Part shown: piece after piece, positions 21,028 to 34,374 of the stretch | Layout of the letters: the number at the start of each line of letters is the position of its first letter | Numbering within the stretch: the stretch's first letter is position 1 | From: an uncultured Granulicatella sp. | Lineage (GTDB): Bacteria; Bacillota; Bacilli; Lactobacillales; Aerococcaceae | Direction: 5' to 3' | DNA length: 64,000 nt | Assembly: GCA_963523795.1 (NCBI GenBank) | Contig: CAURER010000006.1 | Span: 218-64,217 of the forward strand | Made by a program: the position numbers and the translations under genes | The notes under the pieces: model-generated | Told to the model about the DNA's origin: nothing | Database searches by the model: none | What the model saw: only the letters and a program-made list of their open reading frames with translations

Positions 21028-22458
21028 TTAATATTTTGCTAATTCTTCTTGTAATAATTGGTTTACAATTCCAGGATTTGCTTTTCCTTTTGTTTGTTTC
21101 ATAATTTGACCCACTAAGAAGCCAACTGCACGATCTTTACCATTTTTGAAATCTTCAATCGATTGTGCGTTATTAGTTAACACATCTTGAATAATTGGTA
21201 ATAATTGTGATGGATCACTTAATTGAATCATACCATGTTTTTCAACAACTTGACGAGCTGTCCCGCCCTCTTCAGCTAATAATAAGAAGACTTTCTTCGC
21301 TAATTTAGAGCTGATTGTTCCGTCTCCAATTAATTGAATCATTTCTGCTAAACTTTGTGGTGTTAATAATAGATCTTGTAATTCTAATTTTTTACTATTT
21401 AAGTGAGCAGAAATATCTCCCATTAACCAGTTAGAAGCTAATTTTGGATCACTACCTGCTGCAACTGTTTCATCAAAGAAATCAGACATTTCTTTTGATA
21501 ATGTTAAGACCATTGCATCATATTCTGGTAATCCAAATTCACGAACATAACGTTCACGACGAACGGTTGGCATTTCAGGAATTGATTGACGAACTTCTTC
21601 TACCCATTCATCTGAAATTTCTAAGTTTGGTAAGTCTGGCTCTGGGAAGTAACGGTAGTCACTTGACCCTTCTTTCACACGCATTAAAATTGTTTGACCA
21701 TTTGATTCATCAAAACGTCTTGTTTCTTGACCAATAACGCCGCCGCTACGTAATACTTGAGCTTGACGAACTTCTTCATATGCTAACCCTTTACGAACAT
21801 TGTTGAATGAGTTTAAGTTTTTCAACTCTGTTTTTGTACCGAATTTTTCTTGACCATAAGGACGTAAAGAAATATTCGCATCACAACGCATTGATCCTTC
21901 TTCCATTTTCACATCTGATACGCCTGTAAACATAATAATTTGACGTAATGCTTCTAAATAAGCATAGGCTTCTTCAGGTGAACGCATATCCGCTTCAGAT
22001 ACAATCTCAATTAATGGAGTTCCTTGACGGTTTAAGTCTACATATGAGAATCCATCCGTTCCGTGAGTATTTTTACCAGCATCTTCTTCTAAGTGAACAC
22101 GTTCGATACGGATACGTTTTGTTTTTCCTTCTACTTCAATATCAATCCATCCATCATGACCGATTGGATAATCAAATTGAGAAATTTGATACGCTTTTGG
22201 ATTATCAGGGTAGAAATAGTTTTTACGGTCAAATTTTGTATGTTGTGAAATTTCACAGTTTAACGCTAATGCAGCACGCATTCCAAATTCAATCGCACGT
22301 TTATTAATAACTGGAAGTACCCCTGGATAACCCCAGTCAATCACTGTTGTATTTGTATTTGGCTCTGCTCCAAAATGAGCTGGTGAAGGAGAGAAGATTT
22401 TTGAATCTGTTTTTAACTCTACGTGAACTTCTAGCCCAATAATTGTTTCAAAATTCAT
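21028..22458 (-). CDS. gatB: Asp/Glu-tRNA(Asn/Gln) amidotransferase subunit B
   Basis: 476 aa. [17 protein letters not shown] start and C-terminal YqeY-like tail. Confidence 0.96.
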   Translation of the reverse strand: MNFETIIGLEVHVELKTDSKIFSPSPAHFGAEPNTNTTVIDWGYPGVLPVINKRAIEFGMRAALALNCEISQHTKFDRKNYFYPDNPKAYQISQFDYPIGHDGWIDIEVEGKTKRIRIERVHLEEDAGKNTHGTDGFSYVDLNRQGTPLIEIVSEADMRSPEEAYAYLEALRQIIMFTGVSDVKMEEGSMRCDANISLRPYGQEKFGTKTELKNLNSFNNVRKGLAYEEVRQAQVLRSGGVIGQETRRFDESNGQTILMRVKEGSSDYRYFPEPDLPNLEISDEWVEEVRQSIPEMPTVRRERYVREFGLPEYDAMVLTLSKEMSDFFDETVAAGSDPKLASNWLMGDISAHLNSKKLELQDLLLTPQSLAEMIQLIGDGTISSKLAKKVFLLLAEEGGTARQVVEKHGMIQLSDPSQLLPIIQDVLTNNAQSIEDFKNGKDRAVGFLVGQIMKQTKGKANPGIVNQLLQEELAKY

Positions 22459-22471
22459 CTTATATTCCTCC

Positions 22472-23929
22472 TTATACGTTTGCTTGTTTTAAGTAATAGT
22501 CATTTGCTTGTTCAAATGCAAATGCTGCTTGATAAATCGTTTGTTCTTGGAAGTAATTTCCGATTAATTGAATCCCAATTGGTAAACCTTCGCTAGAGAA
22601 TCCCGCAGGTACAGAAATTGCTGGAAGTCCTGCTAAGTTTACAGGAACTGTTAATAAGTCAGCCATATACATTTCAATTGGATCATCATTTCTTTCGCCA
22701 ATTCCATATGCAGTTGAAGTTGTTACAGGTCCTAAAATTAAATCATAGTTAGCAAAGACATTCGCAAAATCTTGTTTAATTAATGTACGAACTTGTCCTG
22801 CTTTTTTGAAGTAAGCATCATAGTAACCAGAACTTAATGAGAATGTTCCTAACATAATACGACGTTTCACTTCCATACCAAAACCTTCAGTACGGCTCAT
22901 AACATATAAATCTTCTAAAGTTTTTGCTTCAGCTGAACGGTGTCCATAACGAATACCGTCAAAACGTTGTAAGTTAGAAGATGCTTCTGAAGAAGCAATA
23001 ATATAGTATGCAGGAATACCGTATTTAGAATGAGGTAAGCTCACTTCTTCCACAGTTGCTCCTAACGCACGATATTGTTCAGCTGCTTTTAAAACTGCTT
23101 TACGAATCTCAGGATCAATTCCATCTCCTAAATATTCTACTGGTAAGGCAATTTTTAACCCTTTAATATTACCATTAATTTGTTGGTAATAATTTGGAAC
23201 AGGTACATTTACACTTGTAGAATCACGGTGATCATATCCACTAATGGCTTCTAATACTAATGCATTATCTTTAACCGTACGAGTTAATGGTCCAATTTGG
23301 TCTAAGCTTGATGCAAAGGCAATTAATCCATAACGAGATACACGACCATAAGTTGGTTTCATTCCAACAATCCCTGTAAAACTTGCAGGTTGACGAATCG
23401 AACCACCTGTATCAGAACCTAAAGTTACTAATACTTCCCCAGCTGCAACAGCTGCTGCAGAACCACCTGAAGATCCTCCAGGAACTTTTGTTAAATCCCA
23501 AGGGTTTCTAGTTTTCTTGAAATAAGAATTTTCTGTCGAACCACCCATGGCAAATTCATCCATGTTTAATTTTCCGACATTCACAGCACCTGTTTTTTTC
23601 AACAAGTCCATCACATGCGCATCATAAATTGGATTGAAATCTTCCAACATACGACTTGCAGCTGTTGTAATTAAATCACGAGTTACAATATTATCTTTAA
23701 TTCCGATTGGCAAACCTTGAAGAGAAAGAGTTGAATCATAACCTTTTTCATCAGCAGCTTTTGCTTGAGCCATTGCTTCTTCTTCATTTAGAGCTAAGAA
23801 AGCTCCAACTTTATCATCTACTGCTTGAATTTTTTCAAATGTTGCACTTGTTAATTCTTGAGAAGTAAATTTCTTTTGAACTAAACCTTCATGCAAGCTT
23901 ACTAATGTTTGATTTTCTAATAAACTCAT
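22472..23929 (-). CDS. gatA: Asp/Glu-tRNA(Asn/Gln) amidotransferase subunit A
   Basis: 485 aa. Amidase signature [14 protein letters not shown]. Confidence 0.96.
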   Translation of the reverse strand: MSLLENQTLVSLHEGLVQKKFTSQELTSATFEKIQAVDDKVGAFLALNEEEAMAQAKAADEKGYDSTLSLQGLPIGIKDNIVTRDLITTAASRMLEDFNPIYDAHVMDLLKKTGAVNVGKLNMDEFAMGGSTENSYFKKTRNPWDLTKVPGGSSGGSAAAVAAGEVLVTLGSDTGGSIRQPASFTGIVGMKPTYGRVSRYGLIAFASSLDQIGPLTRTVKDNALVLEAISGYDHRDSTSVNVPVPNYYQQINGNIKGLKIALPVEYLGDGIDPEIRKAVLKAAEQYRALGATVEEVSLPHSKYGIPAYYIIASSEASSNLQRFDGIRYGHRSAEAKTLEDLYVMSRTEGFGMEVKRRIMLGTFSLSSGYYDAYFKKAGQVRTLIKQDFANVFANYDLILGPVTTSTAYGIGERNDDPIEMYMADLLTVPVNLAGLPAISVPAGFSSEGLPIGIQLIGNYFQEQTIYQAAFAFEQANDYYLKQANV

Positions 23930-23934
23930 GCGTC

Positions 23935-24234
23935 TTACTCCTCTCCTTCACCCATAATTGCAGGTACTTGGATAAATCCATCCTCGCTTGTTTTTACATT
24001 TCTCATTAATAAATCACGATCTGTTCCTTTTACCGGCACATCTTCACGTAAAACATTCACTAATGAATATCCATGAGTTGTCACTTCTACTCCTGTTGTA
24101 TCCACTTCTTTTAATTGTTCTACCATATCGATGATATCACTCATTTGCTCTGTGAAATGTAAAATCTCATGATCTGCAAATGATAATTTCGCCAATTTTG
24201 CAACGTGACGTACTTCTGATTCTTCAATTGCCAT
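23935..24234 (-). CDS. gatC: Asp/Glu-tRNA(Asn/Gln) amidotransferase subunit C
   Basis: 99 aa. [12 protein letters not shown] motif. First gene of gatCAB. Confidence 0.93.
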   Translation of the reverse strand: MAIEESEVRHVAKLAKLSFADHEILHFTEQMSDIIDMVEQLKEVDTTGVEVTTHGYSLVNVLREDVPVKGTDRDLLMRNVKTSEDGFIQVPAIMGEGEE

Positions 24235-24302
24235 GACTGTTCCTCACTTTCTACTTTTCTTTCTATTCTATTGTAAAAGCCACATACCTTTTATGTCAAT
24301 CT

Positions 24303-27430
<3,128 letters not shown>

Positions 27431-29725
27431 TTACAACTCCTCTATTCTTTCAATTGGGGCAAAACTTGCTAATAAGCGTTTAATACCCATTCCAGCAAAA
27501 GCTACATCAATTTCTTGATTCGTACCTTCACCCGTCACTTTAACAACTGTACCGACGTTCCATTTCTTATGCATGACTTTGTCTCCAACTTTCCATACAG
27601 CACCATCATTTGCAGCAACTGGTTGTTTACGTACTGGTTGGATGCTAGAAGGCTGTACTGTTTTTGGTTGATACGCAGTTGCCTGAGATTTCGCTCTATA
27701 TTTGTCAAATAATGAACCCGAAGACGAAGTTTTCGAAGCAAATGAAGAAGACTCTCTACTTGTATAACTGTAGGATTGCTGTTGGTTTGAATCAAATAGT
27801 TCTTCTCCAATTTCTAATACAAATCTCGATGGACGGTTTGTTTGTGTACGTCCATATAATAATCTAGAATATGCATTTGTTAAAAATAATTTTTGTTCCG
27901 CACGAGTAATTCCTACATACGCTAGACGACGTTCTTCTTCCACATCGTCATGCTCCATCATACTTCTTAAACTTGGGAAAATTCCTTCTTCTAATCCAAT
28001 AATAAATACAACTGGAAACTCTAATCCTTTAGCAGCATGAAGGGTCATCAATGTCACCATACGACCATCCCCATCATCGCTATCCACATCAGAAACTAAA
28101 GATAAATCTGTTAAAAATTGTAATAATGGAGATTCTTCCGACTCTTCTTCTAGTCGATCTTGTTCGAATTGTTTTGCCACCGAGATAAACTCTTGAATAT
28201 TTTCAATTCTCGCATCAGCTTCCATTGTATGTTGTTGTTCTAAAGCAGCAAGATACCCTGTTTTTTCAATCACTTGCTCTACAAATTCACTAATGGATAG
28301 AAACTCTTGCATTTTTCTTAATTCTTCAATCGTTGTTGCAAATTTTTCTAAAGCCTTTGCTGCTTTCCCCGATAAAGGAGAGATTGCTGTTTGCGAACTG
28401 GCTTCTAATAATGAAAATTGATGCATAGAAGCAAAATTACTTAATTTCTCTAAAGAAGTAGCCCCAACCCCTCTTTTCGGACTATTAACAATTCTTCTAA
28501 AACTTAAATCATCTTGAGGATTTACAATTAACCGTAAATACGCTAGTAAATCTTTAATTTCAAGTCTTTCGAAGAATCGTTGCCCACCTACTAATCGGAA
28601 TGGGATATTTGATTTTAGTAAATTTTCTTCCATGACACGAGATTGCGCATTTGTACGATACAAAATGGCAAAATCATCATAATGATAGCCATCTCTTAAT
28701 AAACTTTGAATTTGTGACAATACATACCGACCTTCATCTTGCTCCGATTGAGCACGGTAATACGTAATAGCTTGTCCCTCTTCATTTTCAGTCCATAATT
28801 TCTTCACTTTACGATTAACATTATTCTCAATAACATGATTAGCTGCTTGTAAAATTATTTTTGTAGAACGATAATTTTGTTCTAATAAAACAACTTTTGC
28901 GTTTTGATAATCTTTTTCAAATTCTAAAATATTACTCATGTCAGCACCACGCCAACCATAAATACTTTGGTCTGCATCCCCAACAACACAAATATTTTTG
29001 AATTTCTTCGCTAACATCGCTACTAATCGATATTGAGCATGGTTCGTATCTTGATACTCATCCACATGAATATATTGGAATTTTTGTTGATAATAGTGCA
29101 ATGTTTCGGGATGTTTTTGGAATAGTTGTACCGTCAACATAATTAAATCATCAAAGTCTAATGTCATACTTTTTGCTAATTCTTTTTGATATTCACGGTA
29201 ACATTTTCCAATAATCTGTTCTACATATCCCGTATATTTCTTATTAAATTCTTCCACATCTTCTAAATCATTTTTAGCTTGGCTAATTCGATTTAAAATC
29301 ATACGATAATCATATTTTTCACTATCAATATCTAATTTTTTCAAAATTCTCTTCATTGCCGTTTGTTGTTCACTAGGATCACAAATCGTAAATGAACGTT
29401 GATAGCCTAATAATTCGATATCTCTTCTTAAAATACGCACACACATGGAGTGGAAAGTAGATACCCACATATCTTCTGCTTGCGGGCCAACTAACTGACT
29501 CACCCGCTCTTTCATTTCACGTGCTGCTTTATTCGTAAAGGTAATCGCTAAAATATTCCAAGGATGAACCTCTTCTTCTGCTAAAATATACGCCATACGA
29601 TGCGTTAATACTCTCGTTTTTCCACTTCCAGCCCCTGCCATAATCAGCAATGGACCTTGAGTATGTTGAACTGCCTCTTTTTGACGTTCATTCATTCCTT
29701 CTAGTAATTTCGCTGAAATACTCAC
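27431..29725 (-). CDS. pcrA: ATP-dependent DNA helicase PcrA (UvrD family)
   Basis: 764 aa. GTG start behind SD AAAGGA. Walker A AGAGSGKTRVLTHR and the UvrD helicase motifs. Confidence 0.95.
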   Translation of the reverse strand: MSISAKLLEGMNERQKEAVQHTQGPLLIMAGAGSGKTRVLTHRMAYILAEEEVHPWNILAITFTNKAAREMKERVSQLVGPQAEDMWVSTFHSMCVRILRRDIELLGYQRSFTICDPSEQQTAMKRILKKLDIDSEKYDYRMILNRISQAKNDLEDVEEFNKKYTGYVEQIIGKCYREYQKELAKSMTLDFDDLIMLTVQLFQKHPETLHYYQQKFQYIHVDEYQDTNHAQYRLVAMLAKKFKNICVVGDADQSIYGWRGADMSNILEFEKDYQNAKVVLLEQNYRSTKIILQAANHVIENNVNRKVKKLWTENEEGQAITYYRAQSEQDEGRYVLSQIQSLLRDGYHYDDFAILYRTNAQSRVMEENLLKSNIPFRLVGGQRFFERLEIKDLLAYLRLIVNPQDDLSFRRIVNSPKRGVGATSLEKLSNFASMHQFSLLEASSQTAISPLSGKAAKALEKFATTIEELRKMQEFLSISEFVEQVIEKTGYLAALEQQHTMEADARIENIQEFISVAKQFEQDRLEEESEESPLLQFLTDLSLVSDVDSDDGDGRMVTLMTLHAAKGLEFPVVFIIGLEEGIFPSLRSMMEHDDVEEERRLAYVGITRAEQKLFLTNAYSRLLYGRTQTNRPSRFVLEIGEELFDSNQQQSYSYTSRESSSFASKTSSSGSLFDKYRAKSQATAYQPKTVQPSSIQPVRKQPVAANDGAVWKVGDKVMHKKWNVGTVVKVTGEGTNQEIDVAFAGMGIKRLLASFAPIERIEEL

Positions 29726-29754
29726 AAAGTCATCCTTTCTTCTCTTATATAATC

Positions 29755-30867
29755 TTAATCATGTAATCCACTTAATTCTAATTCATTCACTAAATCCACA
29801 CTTGAAGCCCCTGTTAATCGAATCACTCCGACTGCTTCTCCTGGATTCCCGCCTTCTACTTGGAAATATTCAAATTCCCAGTGTGGTTTTAAAATTGTTA
29901 AAACATGCGCCTTTTCTAGCATTTCTCGATAAATCGGAACAATTAATGCTTCTTCTACTAAACTGCATTCCAACACCCCTAATCCAGTTGATAACCGTAA
30001 TAACACTTCACTAAACGAATGTGCCATCTGTTTACTACTAAATTGATGTTGAATCAATGGAATTTGATCTACCTTTGTAACATAAAAAATACCATTTTTT
30101 GCCATGACAACTTGAATCGATACTAAAGTCGATCCCGAAATAGAACGCATCATTTTAGAAGCAATCGTTCTTAATTCTCCGACCCATTCAGGATTCATCC
30201 GTTTTGATGCAATCGAATATTTTAATGTTCCATCTACATAAACATCTTCTGTAATCGGCAATATTGTAATATGATCTTCATAATCACGAAGAATGGTTAG
30301 GCTAAAATGACGTTGCGCAGGAACAAAAGCTGTTACCATACAAGATTGTTCCTCTACTAATTGAAATACTTGATCATCCATATCGTGATCATATAGCATC
30401 ATTTCCTTATAATTTTTATGGAAACGATTCGTTTCTAACTTGGCAGGAAACCCTATACTAGATAATAAACTAGGAAGTTCTCCAATACTTGTAATCATTC
30501 CATAAGGAGCTACATTAATGGCATGTTCTTCTAAAAATAATTTTTCAACCATACGATTTTGAGAAATTTCTGCTAGTTCAAATGATTGATAATAACGACT
30601 TTTACCACTTAGTGCTACAATTGTATCAATTTCAATGGCATTCGTTAAAATATATACCGTATCTACATGCAGTGCAAAATGAAATAATGCCTGTCGATCC
30701 TGATAACGACCAATCACTTCTTTATCTGCAAGTAAAATCTTAGCTTCGTCCTCTTCTCGAAAATGATGAATACAATACCCTAATCGTTTCGCCATTAATA
30801 CAATTGAAGAAATTTGTGGATCTCCACCAATAATTCCAATACTACTTCCTGGTAATAATTGACTCAT
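29755..30867 (-). CDS. Divergent PurK-like ATP-grasp domain protein (function unknown)
   Basis: 370 aa. Overall resemblance to N5-CAIR synthase PurK, but the N-terminal G-rich loop reads IGIIGGDPQISS instead of GGGQLG. Confidence 0.45.
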   Translation of the reverse strand: MSQLLPGSSIGIIGGDPQISSIVLMAKRLGYCIHHFREEDEAKILLADKEVIGRYQDRQALFHFALHVDTVYILTNAIEIDTIVALSGKSRYYQSFELAEISQNRMVEKLFLEEHAINVAPYGMITSIGELPSLLSSIGFPAKLETNRFHKNYKEMMLYDHDMDDQVFQLVEEQSCMVTAFVPAQRHFSLTILRDYEDHITILPITEDVYVDGTLKYSIASKRMNPEWVGELRTIASKMMRSISGSTLVSIQVVMAKNGIFYVTKVDQIPLIQHQFSSKQMAHSFSEVLLRLSTGLGVLECSLVEEALIVPIYREMLEKAHVLTILKPHWEFEYFQVEGGNPGEAVGVIRLTGASSVDLVNELELSGLHD

Positions 30868-30874
30868 ACGTGCT

Positions 30875-31585
30875 CTACTCCTTTACAGATTTTACTTGAA
30901 TTTGGTCATATTGCGCTAGATGATAGGTTTCAATAACATGAATAATTTTTTGTGCATAAGTTGGATCTGTTGCATACCCTGCTTTTTGAAGAGCATGTGC
31001 TGCTTCTTTATAATTTTTAGCCTTTAAAACTGGTTCATATAATTTTGGATTCCAATCTACTCCATAGGTTAATAACTTTGCATGGGCTTCTACTGATTCC
31101 GCCCAACTATTATAAACTCGAAAAGGCGCCATAATCGTAATCCATTTTCCATCGATAAATTCACTCGTTTCTAATTGAACACTCGGCTCAGCAGCTCCTG
31201 CTTTGACTCCATATAAATTATAATAATGTTGTGACAATCCACTTTCTCCCCAATCAGACTCCAATATCGCTTGCGCTAAACTAATACTTGGCAAAACTTG
31301 GTATAGTTGATAGGCTTTTTGAGAAGAAGGTACAAGATTTTGAATAAATTGTTGATGAGCAATTTCCGTAGGATCTTTCCTTATTTCTTGAAATTGTAAA
31401 GTTCCCATAATAATGACACTACAAATGGCAATCAACACTAAAACAACTCCTAGCGTTAATCTTTTAAAGCCCCATTTCATATGTGATTTCCATTTGATTG
31501 ATTTTCGTCTTCCCACAGCAACACCACTTTCTATACATACCTCTAATTTTATCATAAACCTTAATTTTACGCTTGAAATTTCCAT
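30875..31585 (-). CDS. Membrane-anchored GH73 N-acetylglucosaminidase (peptidoglycan hydrolase)
   Basis: LAQAILESDWGESGLSQHYYNLYGVKA matches the GH73 catalytic region. Preceded by a TM segment LTLGVVLVLIAICSVIIMG. Start is uncertain: ATG 31585, 31555 or 31480, none with a strong SD. Confidence 0.75.
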   Translation of the reverse strand: MEISSVKLRFMIKLEVCIESGVAVGRRKSIKWKSHMKWGFKRLTLGVVLVLIAICSVIIMGTLQFQEIRKDPTEIAHQQFIQNLVPSSQKAYQLYQVLPSISLAQAILESDWGESGLSQHYYNLYGVKAGAAEPSVQLETSEFIDGKWITIMAPFRVYNSWAESVEAHAKLLTYGVDWNPKLYEPVLKAKNYKEAAHALQKAGYATDPTYAQKIIHVIETYHLAQYDQIQVKSVKE

Positions 31586-31711
31586 GTTTTTTTATGAAAT
31601 TTAATATCTCACACAAGAACAAGTTCATTGTGACATTTTAAATCTCCTTCATTGTCGCTTCATACATTTTATGATATGATATTCAAGAATTTTAAACAAC
31701 GAGGTGAAAGT

Positions 31712-32209
31712 GTGCCTAATCAACAACAAAGTCCTTTTCACATTGGACTAAGAACTTTCAAAACAGCTGTATCAGCTTTTATCTGTATTGTACTTTTCAA
31801 GGTACTCCATCGTGGTTCTCCAATGTTAGCTGTGTTATCAGCAGTATTTAGTTTAAGAACAGATCATAAACAAACATGGAAGTTTGGCATTGCTCGTTTC
31901 TTTGGAAACATGTCAGGTGGGGTATTAGCCATTATCCTTCTTCAAATGTATCAACATTTTACTCTTCCAGATTACACAGACTTACTATTAGTTCCTTTTG
32001 GAATTATTTTATTAATTTTATTTTGTAATCGATTCAATAAAACTGCTGTCATTAATTCGTCAGCGACTTTCTTAGTGATTTTTTATACGATTGAAGCTGC
32101 AGTAAATGTAGAATATGCAATTCAACGGGTATTAGATACATTAATTGGAGCAGTGATTGCGATGATTGTAAACCGACTATTACCAAGTCCACATTTACAA
32201 GAAAAATAG
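31712..32209 (+). CDS. FUSC/aromatic-acid-exporter-like membrane protein (membrane domain only)
   Basis: Start moved to GTG 31712 (SD GAGGTG); the track starts at TTG 31652. FHIGLRTFKTAVSAFICIVL...ARFFGNMSGGVLAI resembles the UPF0421/ArAE family N-terminal half. Confidence 0.5.
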   Translation: MPNQQQSPFHIGLRTFKTAVSAFICIVLFKVLHRGSPMLAVLSAVFSLRTDHKQTWKFGIARFFGNMSGGVLAIILLQMYQHFTLPDYTDLLLVPFGIILLILFCNRFNKTAVINSSATFLVIFYTIEAAVNVEYAIQRVLDTLIGAVIAMIVNRLLPSPHLQEK

Positions 32210-32237
32210 AGCATCCCAAACGGAATGCTCTTTTTTG
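32208..32237 (+). terminator. Intrinsic terminator
   Basis: AGAGCAT (32208-32214) pairs with ATGCTCT (32225-32231), then TTTTT. Confidence 0.75.
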
Positions 32238-32255
32238 TTCGTTAGATTTTTAAAA

Positions 32256-32504
32256 TTATTTATTGGTTAAATGTGTAAAAAATCCTGTAGCACCAAATAA
32301 TGCGATTACAGCGATAAACACAATAAATCCACAAAAGAATGATCTTGAAAAGTTTCGGCGATTGATATTTGAATCGTTAAAACTAAAAATAATCATCATA
32401 ATAAAGCCTATCAGTGGAATACTGTAAAGAATGGAATATCCAAAATATTCCCACGCACCTAATGGTCTAAATTGTTCTGGTCCTTCATAGTTTACGTTTG
32501 CCAT
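32256..32504 (-). CDS. Small 2-TM membrane protein, unknown function
   Basis: 82 aa. SD GGAGGAA before the ATG. Two hydrophobic spans. Confidence 0.6.
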   Translation of the reverse strand: MANVNYEGPEQFRPLGAWEYFGYSILYSIPLIGFIMMIIFSFNDSNINRRNFSRSFFCGFIVFIAVIALFGATGFFTHLTNK

Positions 32505-32617
32505 ATTGAATTCCTCCTTTTTCTATCCTCAAGGTTGTTATAGTTGTTTTTATAAATATTTCATCAACGCTATTAACCAAATTTATTTTCGTAACTTAAA
32601 CGAGTCGTCAACCTAAG

Positions 32618-33874
32618 CTACTCTTTTTTACCTTCATAAACTTTATATCCATCCGAAGATAGTTGAGCTCGTAATCCTTCTAAATCTTTAGTTCCCCAAC
32701 GATCTGAGATTTTAGAAGCTGTGTCTATATCTAAATTACCATCTTTTAATAGATATGCTGAGTAACCGTAGTATTTATAATGCACAGATTTATTATCCTT
32801 ACTATCAGTTTTTGTTACTTTATAAATAGTAACTAAAGAAATACTTCCATTTTCGTGATTATTTACATTGATTCTCATATAACTGCCTTGAGATTCTATT
32901 GTATAAGTATCATAAGAATCATTTTTATGTTCTGATTTAACATAATCATCATTTTTCTTGAGTAAATCTTCAAAATTCTTAATATCTTTTATTTCTTTTA
33001 ATCCAGAAACTGTGATGTCTACATTTTTGTTATCAACAATTTTTCCACTTTCTTTTAAAGTTTTAATATAACTTTCATTTACTGTTAAAGTGATTTTATC
33101 CCCATTTTTTAAATTAGAATAACTATTATTTGTATTTAATTGGAAATAATTTTTAATACTATTCCCAAATGAAACTGTACCATATCCATTAAATCCAGAG
33201 AAAGTGACAGTCACTTCTTTTAACAAGTTTTCCGCAGAAACTTTTTCATATTCTTTTAAATTTTGAACTTTAAAAGCTTTCTTTTCTGCTTTAATTGGAG
33301 AATTTTTTGAACTAGTTGTAATTGTAAATGTAACTTCTTCTCCATTTTTTAGATTATTTGTTTTATTAAATTCATAATGAATCGTCTTAAGCATAGATTC
33401 AGCTTTCATTAGCTTAAATGACAATTTTCTATCTTGTGCAAGCATAGAATAAGCTACAGGATCATCTTTCGTTAATGCCTTAGCTTGATCTTTATCAAGT
33501 CCTACTTTTTTATAAACTGCTTCTTCTACTAAAGATGCAATTTCTTCACTATTATATATTAAATTACCAGATTCATCATATCCGGTAAAATCTACTTTAA
33601 CTTCATTTATAATGCTTTTTGGAAGTGAATTATAATAACTGTATCCAAAATATGCTACAAGAACCACTGCAAGAATTACTAAAGCTCCAATTACTTCTTT
33701 TTTCTTTTTTTGAAATATCTCTTGTGCTTTTTGTAAAAATTGATCTCCATCAAATGAAGTAGTAGATTCAGAAGTTGTATCTGTATAGTTTTCTTTCTCT
33801 ACTTTTTCTACTTCTACTGTTTCTTTTTCTACCATTACTTCTTCATTTACAATATTTTTCTCTGATTCCGTCAT
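32618..33874 (-). CDS. Membrane-anchored protein with acidic N-terminus and repeated extracellular beta-rich modules, unknown function
   Basis: 418 aa. Single TM VIGALVILAVVLVAYFGYSYY. Internally similar segments (KNGEEVTFTITTSS versus KNGDKITLTVNES; VDFTGYDESG versus VTFSGFNGYG). Confidence 0.6.
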   Translation of the reverse strand: MTESEKNIVNEEVMVEKETVEVEKVEKENYTDTTSESTTSFDGDQFLQKAQEIFQKKKKEVIGALVILAVVLVAYFGYSYYNSLPKSIINEVKVDFTGYDESGNLIYNSEEIASLVEEAVYKKVGLDKDQAKALTKDDPVAYSMLAQDRKLSFKLMKAESMLKTIHYEFNKTNNLKNGEEVTFTITTSSKNSPIKAEKKAFKVQNLKEYEKVSAENLLKEVTVTFSGFNGYGTVSFGNSIKNYFQLNTNNSYSNLKNGDKITLTVNESYIKTLKESGKIVDNKNVDITVSGLKEIKDIKNFEDLLKKNDDYVKSEHKNDSYDTYTIESQGSYMRINVNNHENGSISLVTIYKVTKTDSKDNKSVHYKYYGYSAYLLKDGNLDIDTASKISDRWGTKDLEGLRAQLSSDGYKVYEGKKE

Positions 33875-33924
33875 AAAAAATCCTCTTTTCCATTTTTATT
33901 ATAAATCAAACAAAGCCTTACTAA

Positions 33925-33962
33925 GAAAAAAGGAATTAAGCAACTACGAGCTGTTTAATTCC
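33925..33962 (-). terminator. Terminator-like hairpin inside the leader of the 418-aa gene
   Basis: GGAATTAA (33932-33939) pairs with TTAATTCC (33955-33962). The A-run 33925-33931 gives a U-tail on the minus strand. It sits 50 nt upstream of ATG 33874. Confidence 0.55.
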
Positions 33963-34189
33963 CTCACTAAAAATCTAATAATATTCCCAAATAAATATTT
34001 TCATTTATCAGATATAGATTTTAGCTAAATAAAATCTTTTTAATACTATTACTTATTTTTAACCATTAATTGCTTCTTAAGATTTCCTCCTCAAAACTAT
34101 TAACAAGCTAATTATACAATATTTACTTTAAATATCAATAAGTTCGATAAAAACATAACAAATTGATCGTATTATGAAAAGTAACCTAA

Positions 34190-34348
34190 AAAGTAGCAAA
34201 ACCATCTAATCCAGTAATACCTGTTCAATTAAACTCTAAAAACGGTTGGGCAGGAGATTACTACCTCAAATGAAAGGGTAAGATGGCAATCAACGAACGC
34301 ACATCAGATATACTCCTTATGATAAATAATTTCGACTTTACCCAGTAA
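34190..34348 (+). pseudogene. Remnant of the C-terminus of a cell-wall-binding-repeat protein
   Basis: Frame starting at 34208 reads NPVIPVQLNSKNGWAGDYYLK*KGKMAINERTSD... The GW-x-D-YYLK-x-G-MA-N pattern is typical of CW_binding repeats. It is interrupted by TGA at 34271 and has no start or SD. Confidence 0.5.
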
Positions 34349-34374
34349 ACTTTTAAACCATCCACTAACCCATA

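Noticed and set aside
34049-34066. Mini-ORF MVKNK resembles the cat-86 leader peptide MVKTD, hinting at drug-inducible attenuation.
   Set aside because: The similarity is three residues. SD spacing is 19 nt. The downstream gene is not a resistance determinant. It is kept only as part of the leader finding.
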